DNA of 64,000 nt from Fimbriosthenelais zetlandica. Lineage: Eukaryota. The stretch is taken from positions 21,266,001 through 21,330,000 of the forward strand of contig OZ365109.1 in the NCBI GenBank assembly GCA_977030845.1, in the 5' to 3' direction. The stretch's first letter is position 1. Each line of letters begins with the position of its first letter. Positions 28,101 to 39,800 of the stretch are shown piece by piece. A program made the position numbers and the translations under genes. The notes under the pieces were generated by a model. The model did not search any database and was not told where the DNA came from. It was given only the letters and a program-made list of their open reading frames with translations.

Positions 28101-29180
28101 TTTCATCTTGGATGTCATATGGTTGTTTATCTGATTTCTCCTGTGGCAAAATTCAAAGAGGAAAAAAGAAAAGAAGTAACGAGACCTTTAATGAAATTAG
28201 AAGCCTGCGAAAGGAGTACAAAGAAATCAAATTAATTTCTAATGTTTATTCAATTTAACACCAAGCCGTTGACCATAGCATAGCTCTGTATGGCTGGGTT
28301 TTTGTCTGACACTGGTAATGTGATGGGGAGTGGGTAACCTGTGGGGATATTGAGGCCTGTTTACCTTGTCCACAGTGGCAGAGGGCAGCCATGTTGTGTC
28401 AAGGGGCAGGAAGGGTCCCTCAACAATCAGCAGATCACCCGGTAGTCAACATGAGACTACAACAAGGACCGGGGCCAGGGGAACTTGGACATTACTCCAC
28501 CAACAAATACCCACTGACTCTGCTCTCAAATGGAGGACCACTGTGACCCAAAGGAAATGTCCGACAAATGTTTCTGTGACTGGGTGAAACTTATCATTAT
28601 TTTTACCCACAATTACTGCAAGTGATGTATGGTAATAATTATAATGGAATAGCTTTAGAATTTAATCCTGTCTTGCATATTGCTAACGTATATATAAAAT
28701 GTATTGAAAAGAAAGAGTCTGATCTACAAAATTATGGAATGAAGTCTATAGGGTAAAAGGATGTTCAAATATAGCCCTTTCATTACATTGTTTGTATCAG
28801 TTAATGTTCAAGATTCCTTCTACTACATGTAAGAAAATATAAAATATAACATTAAATATACGCAATTCCTGTCTATTTAGAAGTTCATTGTAATTCATTG
28901 ATAACCTACAGATGGTTTCCCCTATATAATAGCCACTCTCACCTCTGTCACCAGCTTGCTTCTGTCACTATCACCTGGGCATCTGTCAGTGGCAAATGGC
29001 CACAATGATGGCCATTTGCCAATACAGAGGTAATCATAAGTCACTGACGATAGGTGACAATGTTTGACTTGGAGCAACAAGTGCTGCTGGTCGAGTTTTC
29101 TCAGCACTCCACTTGAGTACACGGTCACCTCCGACCTTTAAAACTCGTGCACTTTACTTCACGGATTCTGTACTTCACTG

Positions 29181-29208
29181 TGTAATAACACCTGTGTAAT
29201 AACACCTG
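29181..29208. repeat. 14-bp perfect tandem duplication
   Basis: TGTAATAACACCTG x2. Confidence 0.85.
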
Positions 29209-30067
29209 TAGAAAGCCACATGAGCTGCTTCACTTTATTATAGTCACTGAATCGTTCAGTTTTATATTATGTACACATGTATTTGTTATGGGTTGAACAA
29301 TCTCAGTACCGTACGAGTGTATATGTTTTATATATACACCCATTTAGACTGTATATTAAACAATTTAATGGTCATTGACAAGTATTAAACACCTTGCATT
29401 TGAGCCAATATACAAGACTTAAAACTATACTGAAAAATCCAATCTCCCTCAGTACTGGTAAGATTATAACAAGCATTTGGCTGGCCTTATAAGCTTGGGC
29501 TTATGTTAAAATTTCATAACAGGATTATACCTGTGGTGTCTGGGCTACTTCCCATATCGTTCACCAATGGGTTACTCTGCATGGTGGACATGTATACCAG
29601 CTTACATGCATGTACAGTACATGACTGGTACCAAACTCGCCAGTACAAGTCTTATGAGACAAACACTTTGAGAGTGTAACACACCTTGGCAATATAACAC
29701 AGGGGTTAGGAAATCAATACCAAGAAACATCCAGCTGGATATGTCTTTTACTTCCTGTGGAAATGTAGAGTAAACAATAGTTAATATATCTCAAATCCTG
29801 GAGCTATTAATGCATGGACGAATCATGGTATAGCATATTGCATTTTGACTAACCAGTGATGACAATTTAGGTAAGGTTAGGGGCGCAGAAAGTTATTGAC
29901 ACCTTCCCCTCTCATCAGTTTGGGGTTATTCTTGAACATACATGTACATGTATATAGTACAAGAGTGACGATTTCTCTCCATTGATTTTCTTTTGTATAT
30001 TCTTTTGTTATATCATTTGATTTGTTGAGATCTTTACCATTACAGTAAGTACTCGTTATTATTACAG

Positions 30068-30822
30068 GTGCTAGTATTAGACAACCATCAGAAGCCATGG
30101 AGGGAATCCCCCAACAAACCAAGAAGTCAGTTGCTGCATTCTCTGGGGACGGAAGTGTACAATGGAGGCCATCCTTCCCCAGTCTCAGCAATGGCCAACA
30201 CGCTGACAGTGACCCCAAAGATGGCCATCCTGTCATCAACCAGGCCCTATCCAGCTCCAGGACCTCGCTCAACACCACAGACCCATCAGGGACCAGGAAC
30301 ATTCCGAGTTATTCCAGACCTTCCAACGGTGACCACCCAGGAGGTGGTGGTGTGTCGACAAACACAGACAATCCAGAGACATCTAACGGCGAGATCTACA
30401 CCTCCAGTCTCAATCAGGGCATCGTCCAGTTCAGTAAATCAAGGTCTGTTAATTTTGTTCTGCCCAGGGAGAAATCAGGTTTCCATAGTCAGAACCTGGA
30501 TAAAACGACTACTCTGCCGTCAGCTCAGCCCGCAGAGCCGAACCCAAGTCCTAGACATAGGTTTCATATAGACCAGCATGTCTCCCTGCATCTCAGGACT
30601 GCCCCATCTACCACTTCATCTAAGAGCTCATCCATTGGGAATGGTACAGTCCATTTGCCCTCAAATGGAAACCATCATGAGCATGGGAGCAACTCGAGGC
30701 AAACTCGGAACTTTCAAGCTCCCCATGTTGCCCTGCGGCGATCCAAGACAGTCTACGGGATGCATAAGTCGCCCGCATGGTATAATAAGCTGAAGAGGTC
30801 TCCTTCAGAGGACAGGATACAG
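30068..30822 (+). CDS. Large internal coding exon of the RCC1-domain gene (Ser/Pro/Asn-rich, predicted disordered)
   Basis: Acceptor cgttattattacag| and donor ATACAG|gtagga; 755 nt, open throughout, overlapping the 259-aa ORF 30097-30876; phase 1 in and phase 0 out. Confidence 0.8.
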
Positions 30823-31539
30823 GTAGGAAATCATATTTATAATACGAAATATGGAATCATCTATAGGAAAATGTAAATTTACATTCATTTGCCGTAGATT
30901 TTAGCAATGCACTTTATTGACACAATTTGTGAATCTCCTATAACTTCAATATTCACTCAGTAATAACTTAGGTGTACAGGAAGGGGGTCTTGACCATTAC
31001 TTCAGGTGACTATGATCATTGTCCAGGTGGCTAAATATTGCGATAACTGGACCTTGTGGTCAGTGGTTGTGATGGATGAGGATGTCTAGCGGCCATTGTC
31101 TGACTGCACTGTTGACCACTCTCTGATTAGTTTTTTGCTGGCCCCTATGTTCTGCCTCTCAGCAGAGCGCTGGTTGGGCCTATTATAGGCAAGAGCCTGT
31201 TTCAAAACACGACTGTATGGTCCCTGTATAGTCACTTTACCATGGAGATAAATGGATCTTATGCGATGAAAATTGCAGTGCTCTTATACCAATATTTTTA
31301 CAGGTTTTTACTGTATGAAATATGTCCCATATGATTGTATCGCAAATCTTATTTTTGGTTAAGATAAAGAATGTAGTGTTGTAAGGCCGTGCGTTTGTAG
31401 AGTGACGGTCGAGTGTTGAACGAGATGGATTGTGACAAGTGACAGTTGTAGACTGACGTGTCGAGTATGGTCGTCCATCGTCGACTGGTCACTAATTACC
31501 ATGTGATCACGGTCCTAACGCTAATTGTCCATTTACTCT

Positions 31540-32070
31540 AATGGCCGTCAGGGGGCAGCGCACCGCGCACACTGACCGCCACTTACACAGCACGGAAGTC
31601 ATTCTCCAACTGCGACGCCCAACCTCTAATGACGTCACATCCGCACGTCAAACACTGACCTATCAAAAAGCCATTACAAGCAGCTCTGGAACCTGTTTCA
31701 AAACAACCATTAGCAATGTTAAGTCTATGAGGAATTTATGCGCTGAAACGGGCCCCAGAGCCCACATCAAAGCCGTGGCTCGTATCATGGCCCTGATTTT
31801 GCGCGTGCCATTCTGAAATGGGCACGAAGGGTAGGACTAAATGTCTCACTTCCGGTTGTAAGGGAACGCTTCTATTATCGCCCGTTGGAGGTTGATAATA
31901 GGATGGTCGGGGAGGTGAGGTTATAGCGCCTCGTCTCTCTCCTGCCCGTGGGTTGATAGGTCAGGATGCGCTCCGGACAAGTGAACCGGAAGTGCTGGCG
32001 AACTGGACGCCAGACGTTTTAATTCGGCGCCGTTTGTCGTCCACAAAAGGTCAGCGAATGGATTGGTGGC
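31540..32070. promoter_or_regulatory. CpG-rich promoter-like element in the last intron of the RCC1-domain gene
   Basis: CRE TGACGTCA 31630-31637; ETS-type CACTTCCGGT 31847-31856 and ACCGGAAGTG 31985-31994; ATTGG 32062; locally high CpG density. Confidence 0.45.
31683..31761. mobile_element. Short fold-back element with GGGCC(C/T)GTTTCA-type ends (PIF/Harbinger-like, tentative)
   Basis: 18-bp inverted repeat 31683-31700 / 31744-31761 with three transition mismatches; related GAGCCTGTTTCAAAA ends also seen near 16496 and 31194. Confidence 0.4.
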
Positions 32071-32314
32071 AGGTGATGGGATGCTTTCCGCATTCCTATT
32101 GAGAGGAACTCTCAGGGAAGCTCTTAATAGAAAAGTGAGGGTTGTGCTAAGTCGAAGGGACGTACTTTAATCCCGAGTCATTAATACCCAAAAATGAGTT
32201 CAAAATGAGGGGGCTGTTTCATAATAGCTTTACATCCAAATAGCATTGACAAACGGTGCTTCTAGTCTTATGAAGCATACCCCAAGAATCGAGAGACCTT
32301 TTACAAGCGAAATA

Positions 32315-32465
32315 CAGTGATCCTCCCGTAAATCGACCACCTTTGCGTGACCGAAAGAGATCTCCATGAAGATGTGGTCGGTTTAGAAGGGTATTTAAAA
32401 AAGGAAAATTGGACCAGACAAACATGGTCGGTTTAAGGGGTGGTCGGTGGTGTGAGGGAGCACTG
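32315..32465 (-). mobile_element. MITE family A, second copy, inverted relative to 19201
   Basis: TA|CAGTGATCCTCCC ... GGGAGCACTG|CA; the reverse complement of its right end (CAGTGCTCCC..ACCGACCACCCCTTAAACCGACCATGTTTGTCTGGTCCAATTTTCC) aligns with the left end of the 19201 copy. Confidence 0.75.
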
Positions 32466-32644
32466 CATGTACTCATTACAAAGTGAAAAATCTCAAAGAT
32501 TGCATTTCACTTTTAACCAGACTTGTCTAACCACCACCTCTGTAAAAAGATCCTCCAATCAAAACCAAAATAATTCCACAATCGCACTCAGAGGCTGGAT
32601 CCTAACCCTGGGAACAATGGGAAGGGGAAGAAACTCCATACCCT

Positions 32645-32662
32645 CCCCCCCCCCCCCCCCCC
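32645..32662. repeat. Poly-C tract
   Basis: 18 consecutive C. Confidence 0.9.
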
Positions 32663-33324
32663 ATCCCCACTCAACCCTACACTGCCATATTAACACGGTG
32701 CCATGGTCTTTCATCTCCGTTTAGCCTTTCATGTTCGGGAGGGGAAAGGGAGCGAGACTGCTGCAGCGGTGATCCATCGGGAGCAAATAATTAATTACTC
32801 AGATTGATCATTTAAGTTGGAGCCATTTTCATTTCCCTGGCTAGAGGAGTTTTCCAGCGGTGCCTCGCTCCTCTCGCTCTCTTCACTTTGAGATGGGATT
32901 ACAGGCCTGCAATTAACTGGTGAGAGGGCCTACCACATGTGGCTTGTATGATTCGGGCGGTGGTTGGGTGGTGGTAGAGGGGAGGGGTGTCTTTGTCACA
33001 GTGTCATGGGGTAATTTGTCTCACAGTTCCATTTTTATCATCCTCTTCAATATGATTCTTTTAATAAGTACCTTTATGCCATTTTCACATTTGTCAAATT
33101 TGTCATTTCTTGAATACACTCTCGACTGATATTGTCCAGGAGGATTATGTATTAGTTTATTTTTTGCTTTTCTGTGGATAGAACAGATGATATATAGTGG
33201 ACGGGGCTGTGGTGATGCTGCAATTCATTTTTTTGTCAAAATACATTGTTTATAATATTATATTGTAGGAGAATGGCATCATTTCTCTTTTATATGTTAT
33301 AAACTCTTTTTTGATAATTTTCAG

Positions 33325-33816
33325 GACACGGTGGCACCGAAGGAAAGTGGACAAGAGTTTGCATTGATGATGCCGCGTACAGTCACCTTTATGGCTTCGG
33401 ACGGTAGCGGAGATGGCCATGTACCTAATCGGATCAACCTTTCCAATAAATTACTAGGCAACCGTAGGTCTGTGGGTGTGGGGCTAGGCTTCATGTCAGA
33501 GAAAACTCTCCTTGACAGAAAAAGTCAAAAGCCAAACAACATGAGAAAAATTGGAGGATATACAGGAGAAAATGGTTCATCGTCAGTCAGTGGTAAACAT
33601 GGTAGGAATCATGGGTCCAATGGATGGACGGCAGCAACGAAGATTTCCTCATTTTCTGCGTCAAATTTGGAAGGTGTGCATTTACAAGGTCAGGGAGAAG
33701 GGTCGATGATGGCTGAAAACACTGTGGCAGGCTCTAATGTGAAGCATAAAGAAACACTGGGGCTTTATATGAAGCCCCCAAGGACAATGAGAAAGGAAAG
33801 ACCTTCAAGGAGATAA
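33325..33816 (+). CDS. Terminal coding exon of the RCC1-domain gene, ending ...MRKERPSRR-stop
   Basis: Acceptor ttttttgataattttcag|GAC, phase 0, in frame with the 161-aa ORF; TAA at 33814-33816. The five exons total 1745 nt = 2 + 581 codons with no internal stop. Confidence 0.78.
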   Translation, partial: DTVAPKESGQEFALMMPRTVTFMASDGSGDGHVPNRINLSNKLLGNRRSVGVGLGFMSEKTLLDRKSQKPNNMRKIGGYTGENGSSSVSGKHGRNHGSNGWTAATKISSFSASNLEGVHLQGQGEGSMMAENTVAGSNVKHKETLGLYMKPPRTMRKERPSRR

Positions 33817-36800
33817 GAGTCTCCCTGACTATGATATTATAGTCAGGTAGAATAGCGAATATTATGTGAATATAAATATTATAATATCATAGTTCTATTA
33901 TTGTGAAAGCTGCAGATCTAATCAAGTACAAAAGCCAAAAGTTCTTTGCATACATGTAAGTGAACTTATAATGAACCTGGCAGGGGTTATGGTTTCCAAA
34001 GCACTTAATAACAGTATTAGCAATATGCAATGGACAGACTTACTTATAAGCCATATGAATATTTTTAATATAGCAATCTGAGATAGGAACACAAGGCTAA
34101 AATTGAGGCAATCAACGGTTTGGTGCTTTCCATTGGATAGACTCAAAGATCACTTCAGGGTTCAAAGGCTTCACTATTTTAGATGGACAGGTCATCTTAA
34201 ATGTCACTATCCGGCATCCAATCAATAGTCTCATAACTAATATGGTCACATTGGTGGAAGGGTAAACGAGATGGCGATCAAAACTTTAATGCTACCCCCG
34301 GTCATAATCCAGGGTTGAACACTGGTCATAAAAACCCATAACATTTAATTAAATTTCGCGAAATTATCATTTTGCGAAGTCATGTTTTGGGTTGACGAGT
34401 CAATATTCTGGCTTGAAAGCGTCTATGCTTCCGTCCAAATGACCTCGATACTGTCGATGCATTGCGTATTTGCTTTATAATGGAGCCACAAAGTGCATTA
34501 TAATGTTCGTAAAATTATACTTCTGTAAAGTTATCCTGAAGAGCTGACAATGGTAAAAGAGTGAGTAATGTTTTACTGTTTCTATTCTGAAGCCTTTGGG
34601 GACCTCTGCCAATTCAGGTCATCAGTGAGGCGTCTCACTGACCACTGGTCATCTGCTCCTATACCCTGGTCAGCCTGTCCCAGCGCTCCAGCAGGCAGGA
34701 CATGGGCTGATTATATTAAGCTTTAATTAATAGTCATAATGCCATGTTTATTTCCTATCCCACACTAATGGTAACGTGCCTAGATGGACAAAATAGCCAC
34801 AGCTCACTGACAGTCCCACAAGCATTGGCTGTTGGGGAATTAATGAATGAACCATTCCATGATAGTCAGCTTTTAAATGTCCTGATGAATTTTATTCATA
34901 CATTTTTCCATTGCATTTCAAACCTCTGATAGATGTACTTTGCAGATAACAGTAACTGACTAAGGTGAATTTTCACTGTATTGGACGTGCATCTATGTCT
35001 CAATACATTAAAATATTATTTTATTGAATTGTATCGTGATTTCTTTGATCATTAGTCCTTTCTCATCTAGGCGAACTTATTGAAAATGCATTCAGTATAT
35101 TTTAGAAATCTATCTGAAGTTGGCTTTTTTCCCACATTTTCTCATGCACATTCATTTCATTTTTGCCTCGCCCAGCATGCATTGGATGACCCATATAAGC
35201 AGCCTGAATAGAATGATTTTGATTAACTCTGCTCTTTGGGCTATCAGTGGTCACTATTCAGCCATAATGAGGGGCTGGACATGGGAGTGGACAGCCTCTA
35301 GGCCTCCGGCTGAGAGCACAAAAGACTAATTGAAAGGCCAGGTCAATAGGCCCGCCAAATCATGGCTTTAGTTTCCCACCCCCAGGCCCACTACTCTCAC
35401 ACCTACCTGATAAGGTTCGAGTGGGAAAAAAAAGTTGGAAAAGTGTCAAATATTGACACAAAAACTACATTGTAAGGCCCTTTTCAGAATGTGATAGCAT
35501 TTTGTATGATCATCATTCATATTCCCCAAGGTACCTTATAGTACCAAGTTGGGAGAGTCGCTGAAAGCATTTCGACTATCTGTTCAGAATTATGTTTCGT
35601 AAGATAATGTCCAATGATATGAAACTTTTTTAAAAATAAGATGTCTTTAGTACAGTCTTAAACATTTACTTTCAGGTTTCAAAACAGATTGGTGGTATTC
35701 TTTTCTTATGATGAAGGGTAAGGACCAGGGGATATTGCTTGCATATCCTCACTGAGTCAGGCAAAAAAATTGCTCCCAGCAAGGAATCAGGAAAGGGAAA
35801 GTATTACAGTATTAGAAAGTGTGAAGTATGTATACATAGAGGGACTATTTTCAGTCAAGTTCCCCCTCCTTCACCTTTTGTGGTGCGAGCTGGGACAGTA
35901 TAGCCAGGGGCATTGTCCGCCAGCTTCTAGTCCCTCCCCTCCCCCATAAAACACCCAGTGGTCACTCAGAGGTCTAAGCTAATGTCTGCTTAGGCAAACA
36001 GAGCTTAATTGAGCGGACAATGAGGTCTGTAAGAAAAACCACCGCAGGCCATCGAGGATTTGACGCCGAGCCATTGCTGACCGTAATCTGGCCGGATCAA
36101 ATACTCGTCGTAAAACAAGAGTGACCACAAAATTCACAACCCAAACTGAACCACATAACACTTCTCTTCCTTTTTAAGTGACCCGTAATTCTCAGGAGCT
36201 AGAAGTTGGAAAATCCAATAAGATTGCGACAATATTAGAGTAAAACTCTGAGCTGCATGTACACCAATCTCTTGCTCAATTTGATGTCAAAGTAAGCTGT
36301 TTTGGGGGCCTGTTCCATGACACAGAAGGCTATGAATTAATGACCATTGGTCAGTCCTTTGGCTAAATATCCTTCCTCAAAATGGCTTTATGTAACATAG
36401 TACAGAAAAATATATTACGGAAAACTTATAAAAAAAATTATATGAGGATTTTTATTAAATGATGAAAGAACAATATTGACCCATCAGGGGTTAATGATTA
36501 TTTCCATGCAGGCTCATCCAAGTGTAATTATGGTGATTCATTTTTCAGATGGGATTGTCTCATTTTCTGCATATCAGCCAAAGGCTACATCATTGTTGTT
36601 CATAAGTTAAATGTATTCAACGTGTATTGCATATAAATACTGTACACACGATGGTATTATTTATTGTATATAATATATGAAACTTCCAGTATTATCGCTA
36701 TTTTCTCATTGTAGTTTTGAAAGAGAAACACGAAAGGAATTTTCTTTCATAATTGGGAAAGTGGAAATGCATGCACATGTATTACATAATTTTTTTTATG

Positions 36801-39800
36801 TGTTTTCTCCTCCTGAATTAATGGGCTTTTTAATTAGAATCAGGGAACCAGGGCTCTGTTCCACGATAAAGATGTGCCACGTAGATCTATTAGTAAACCC
36901 AGACTTGACATTGTCTAATGTTGGTGCTTCAGTGCTTGGCCCTGCAGTACCATCAGAACAAGGCTTCATTCACTTTTAATTACATTATATCATGCATTGC
37001 TGACTGTTTTAATATTTTAATAAAATCAAATCAATTCTCTTTATACTCCCAGATTTATACTACCTTACTATATATATTATATATAATATGCAAAATCTAC
37101 ATTATTTAGTACTTAACAAAAACTGTGATTTCAAAAAGCTCCACTTATGAACATTCATTCATTCCCCATCTTTGCAAGCAGCTCTCCAAGTCTCAATGCC
37201 TTTCAAAGATTTCTCAAAGTGGTGACGAAAATAAACAATATTATGTTATGCACGGTCACGAACCCTGTTCCAAGCAGTGCCCTTCATACCGATTCCATCT
37301 ATAGAATAGGTTCCCAATATATAAGACTAAAGCCAGACGAGTTGTCACATTTCTTCTGTTCTTCACCACAAAACTGAGCCACACATCACCCGGCCGCAGA
37401 TGTATTGGAGCGCCCCTATACCCACCTACACCTGTATTTGCTTTCACCCAAATATTGACCACTTGAAAATGTCCGCTTTTGGAAAAGGAAAAATCTCTCT
37501 TTTGTTCAGTCGCCTCCTCAATTGAGATATCGCGCTATGGAGCTTACATGGATATTCCGTTGCTTTTTTTAGGCCTGAAACATGAGCTTAGTTCAGTATG
37601 GGCCGTCAGGGGGCAGGTGTCAGCGCCCTTTGATATGTGCCCGCCTCTGGCGGTGGGATTTGCATAAGTGTTGAAAAAGCTGGGGCGATGAGAAAGCGCT
37701 TCTCGCATCTTAATTCTGACTTTATTGGTATGAACAGAGGGAATGGTATAAACTCAATAGTGGCTTGGTATCAGACAGTAGTTTGTTTTGTGTGAAAACG
37801 ATGCAAAAAAGTCAGGATGGCTTCTTGGAAAGTAAATGGGTTCAATATAGGAACTACAAGACATCTGCCTTCCAAAAGGCACTCCTATTGAATTATTGAT
37901 AAGTAATTCCATTTGGAATAGAATACTTTTGCATACTTTCAATGTATATCTTTCATTTCATATAAATTATACGATTTCAGGGTGTGATTGACTAGAAAAG
38001 GGTATATATATGGTGGACCAATGACACCACCACACTCTTCCACTCTTTCCATACTAAGTCTTGTACTTTTTAGTTGCCAATAACCCTTGTTTCATATACT
38101 ACTCACGTCAAAGAGTCCCCAGCTTTTCAAAACATTCAATGTTGTTTGTTCCTCCGAAGCCTTTGTGTAGATGAATGTGTTTACATTGCTATTTTGGACC
38201 AAAATGAATATCACTATTAGTTATTCGATTTGAACAAATTAATTAAAATTGATTTACAATTTTCTAAATTTTTAACAAAAATCATAATAATTATGGCAAC
38301 ACTTACAAGTTATTGTTCAGTTGTAAATATCCTGTATGATATCCTCAATTGCCAAACTATTTACATGTCCCATACGTTTAACGGTCAGAATTTTAAAAAG
38401 TGTATTCCTCAATGCCTCCTTGTAATCAGAAATAACAGAAACCACCATTATAATACCATTATATAGAAGAAACAAGTAACGCAAGGAACCACACATACTA
38501 TAACATGTCTCACCGCAAAAACCACCATTACCACATCATCATTACTTCCACTTCCCCAAATTCTACCGTTATATCACTTGAGGAAACAGTGGAAGAAACC
38601 CCATTCAATTTCCCTGGCCCTCCGTAATGATTGCTAACGGTTCCTCCCAAGTCATTTTCTCCCTGCATTCTCACGATAACTTAAATGTGGTTTGCTACCT
38701 CCGGAACAGCCCTCAACTGTTTCTTTCCTGGGAAGGCAGGTGTATGGAGGATGTTTGCAATTTGGTGGAACTACCACCACCACACCAATCAATGTTCAAT
38801 GATCTGGAATCAGTAGGGGGTGTGTATTGTATGTCCCTTTGCCCCGTTATAATGGCTGGTAGGGGATATGAGGCGGAAGGTCTTAACACGAAAGGGACCA
38901 ATACATGACACATTGACTCATTCTGTGCCCCTTCGACCGAGTTCAGTGAAGTATAAATACATTTCACATGAAGGATAATGCCTTTTTATTGTGCGGAGGA
39001 GGACAGGGTCGGGAGCATGTAGCCGGGCTGCCACACAGGTTAAGTTTTAATGGTTTGATTGGGACGGTACTTAATGAGACAGCTGCGTTTCCATGCTAAT
39101 AAGTGTCAGTGTTTAAGAGTCGTTGTTAATGTTTCGGGACATGGACATTTTCATCAACTATACTTTTTTTTGTTGAACATATTTTAAGGCCCTATCCATG
39201 GAGTTTTAATTGATTCACTGATTGACTCATTTCTATTTTTCCAAGATGACTGCCAAATGTGAATGAAAGCATTTCTTTTCTGCATCTCTGCAAATGTATC
39301 AATACAATACTTTTTTTCAGAAATGAGTTATACTGTATATTATATTCTCAGAGAGGTTGTAAGTTAAAGTGTATCTATTGCAATTTATGATTACACCGTT
39401 TGCTATAAAGAAACAAAGATATGCATTAATTTTCCTAAATTTGTTCTCAGGATTTCCTCAATGCGAGGTATAATTTTATATGACAACCCATGAACACATG
39501 TTCTTATAAAGATCCCAAATTTTTCCATCGTATTCTACATTCCTCTCAGTAAATACATCTACCAACAAATACCCAACACTCTACATGATGCATGAGAATG
39601 CAGAAAGGAGAATAATCCCCAACCGTCTATAAATTGAGCAGGCCAAGACGAATTTTTTATTAAATCCCAGTAAAAGGTGATTAAAACTAATCACAATACA
39701 AAATGCCAGCTGCGTTTTAGGAACCATTTAACTTTCTAGCAAACAGTCCTTCTCAATGGATTCCACCACCCTTCATGCTTCAATGACTCCCTCTTCAATT

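Noticed and set aside
30823-30876. Last 17 codons of the 259-aa ORF
   Set aside because: They lie after the CAG|gtagga donor; intronic run-on.
34352-34365. 14-bp palindrome AATTTCGCGAAATT
   Set aside because: Palindromes of this length are expected a few times per 64 kb.
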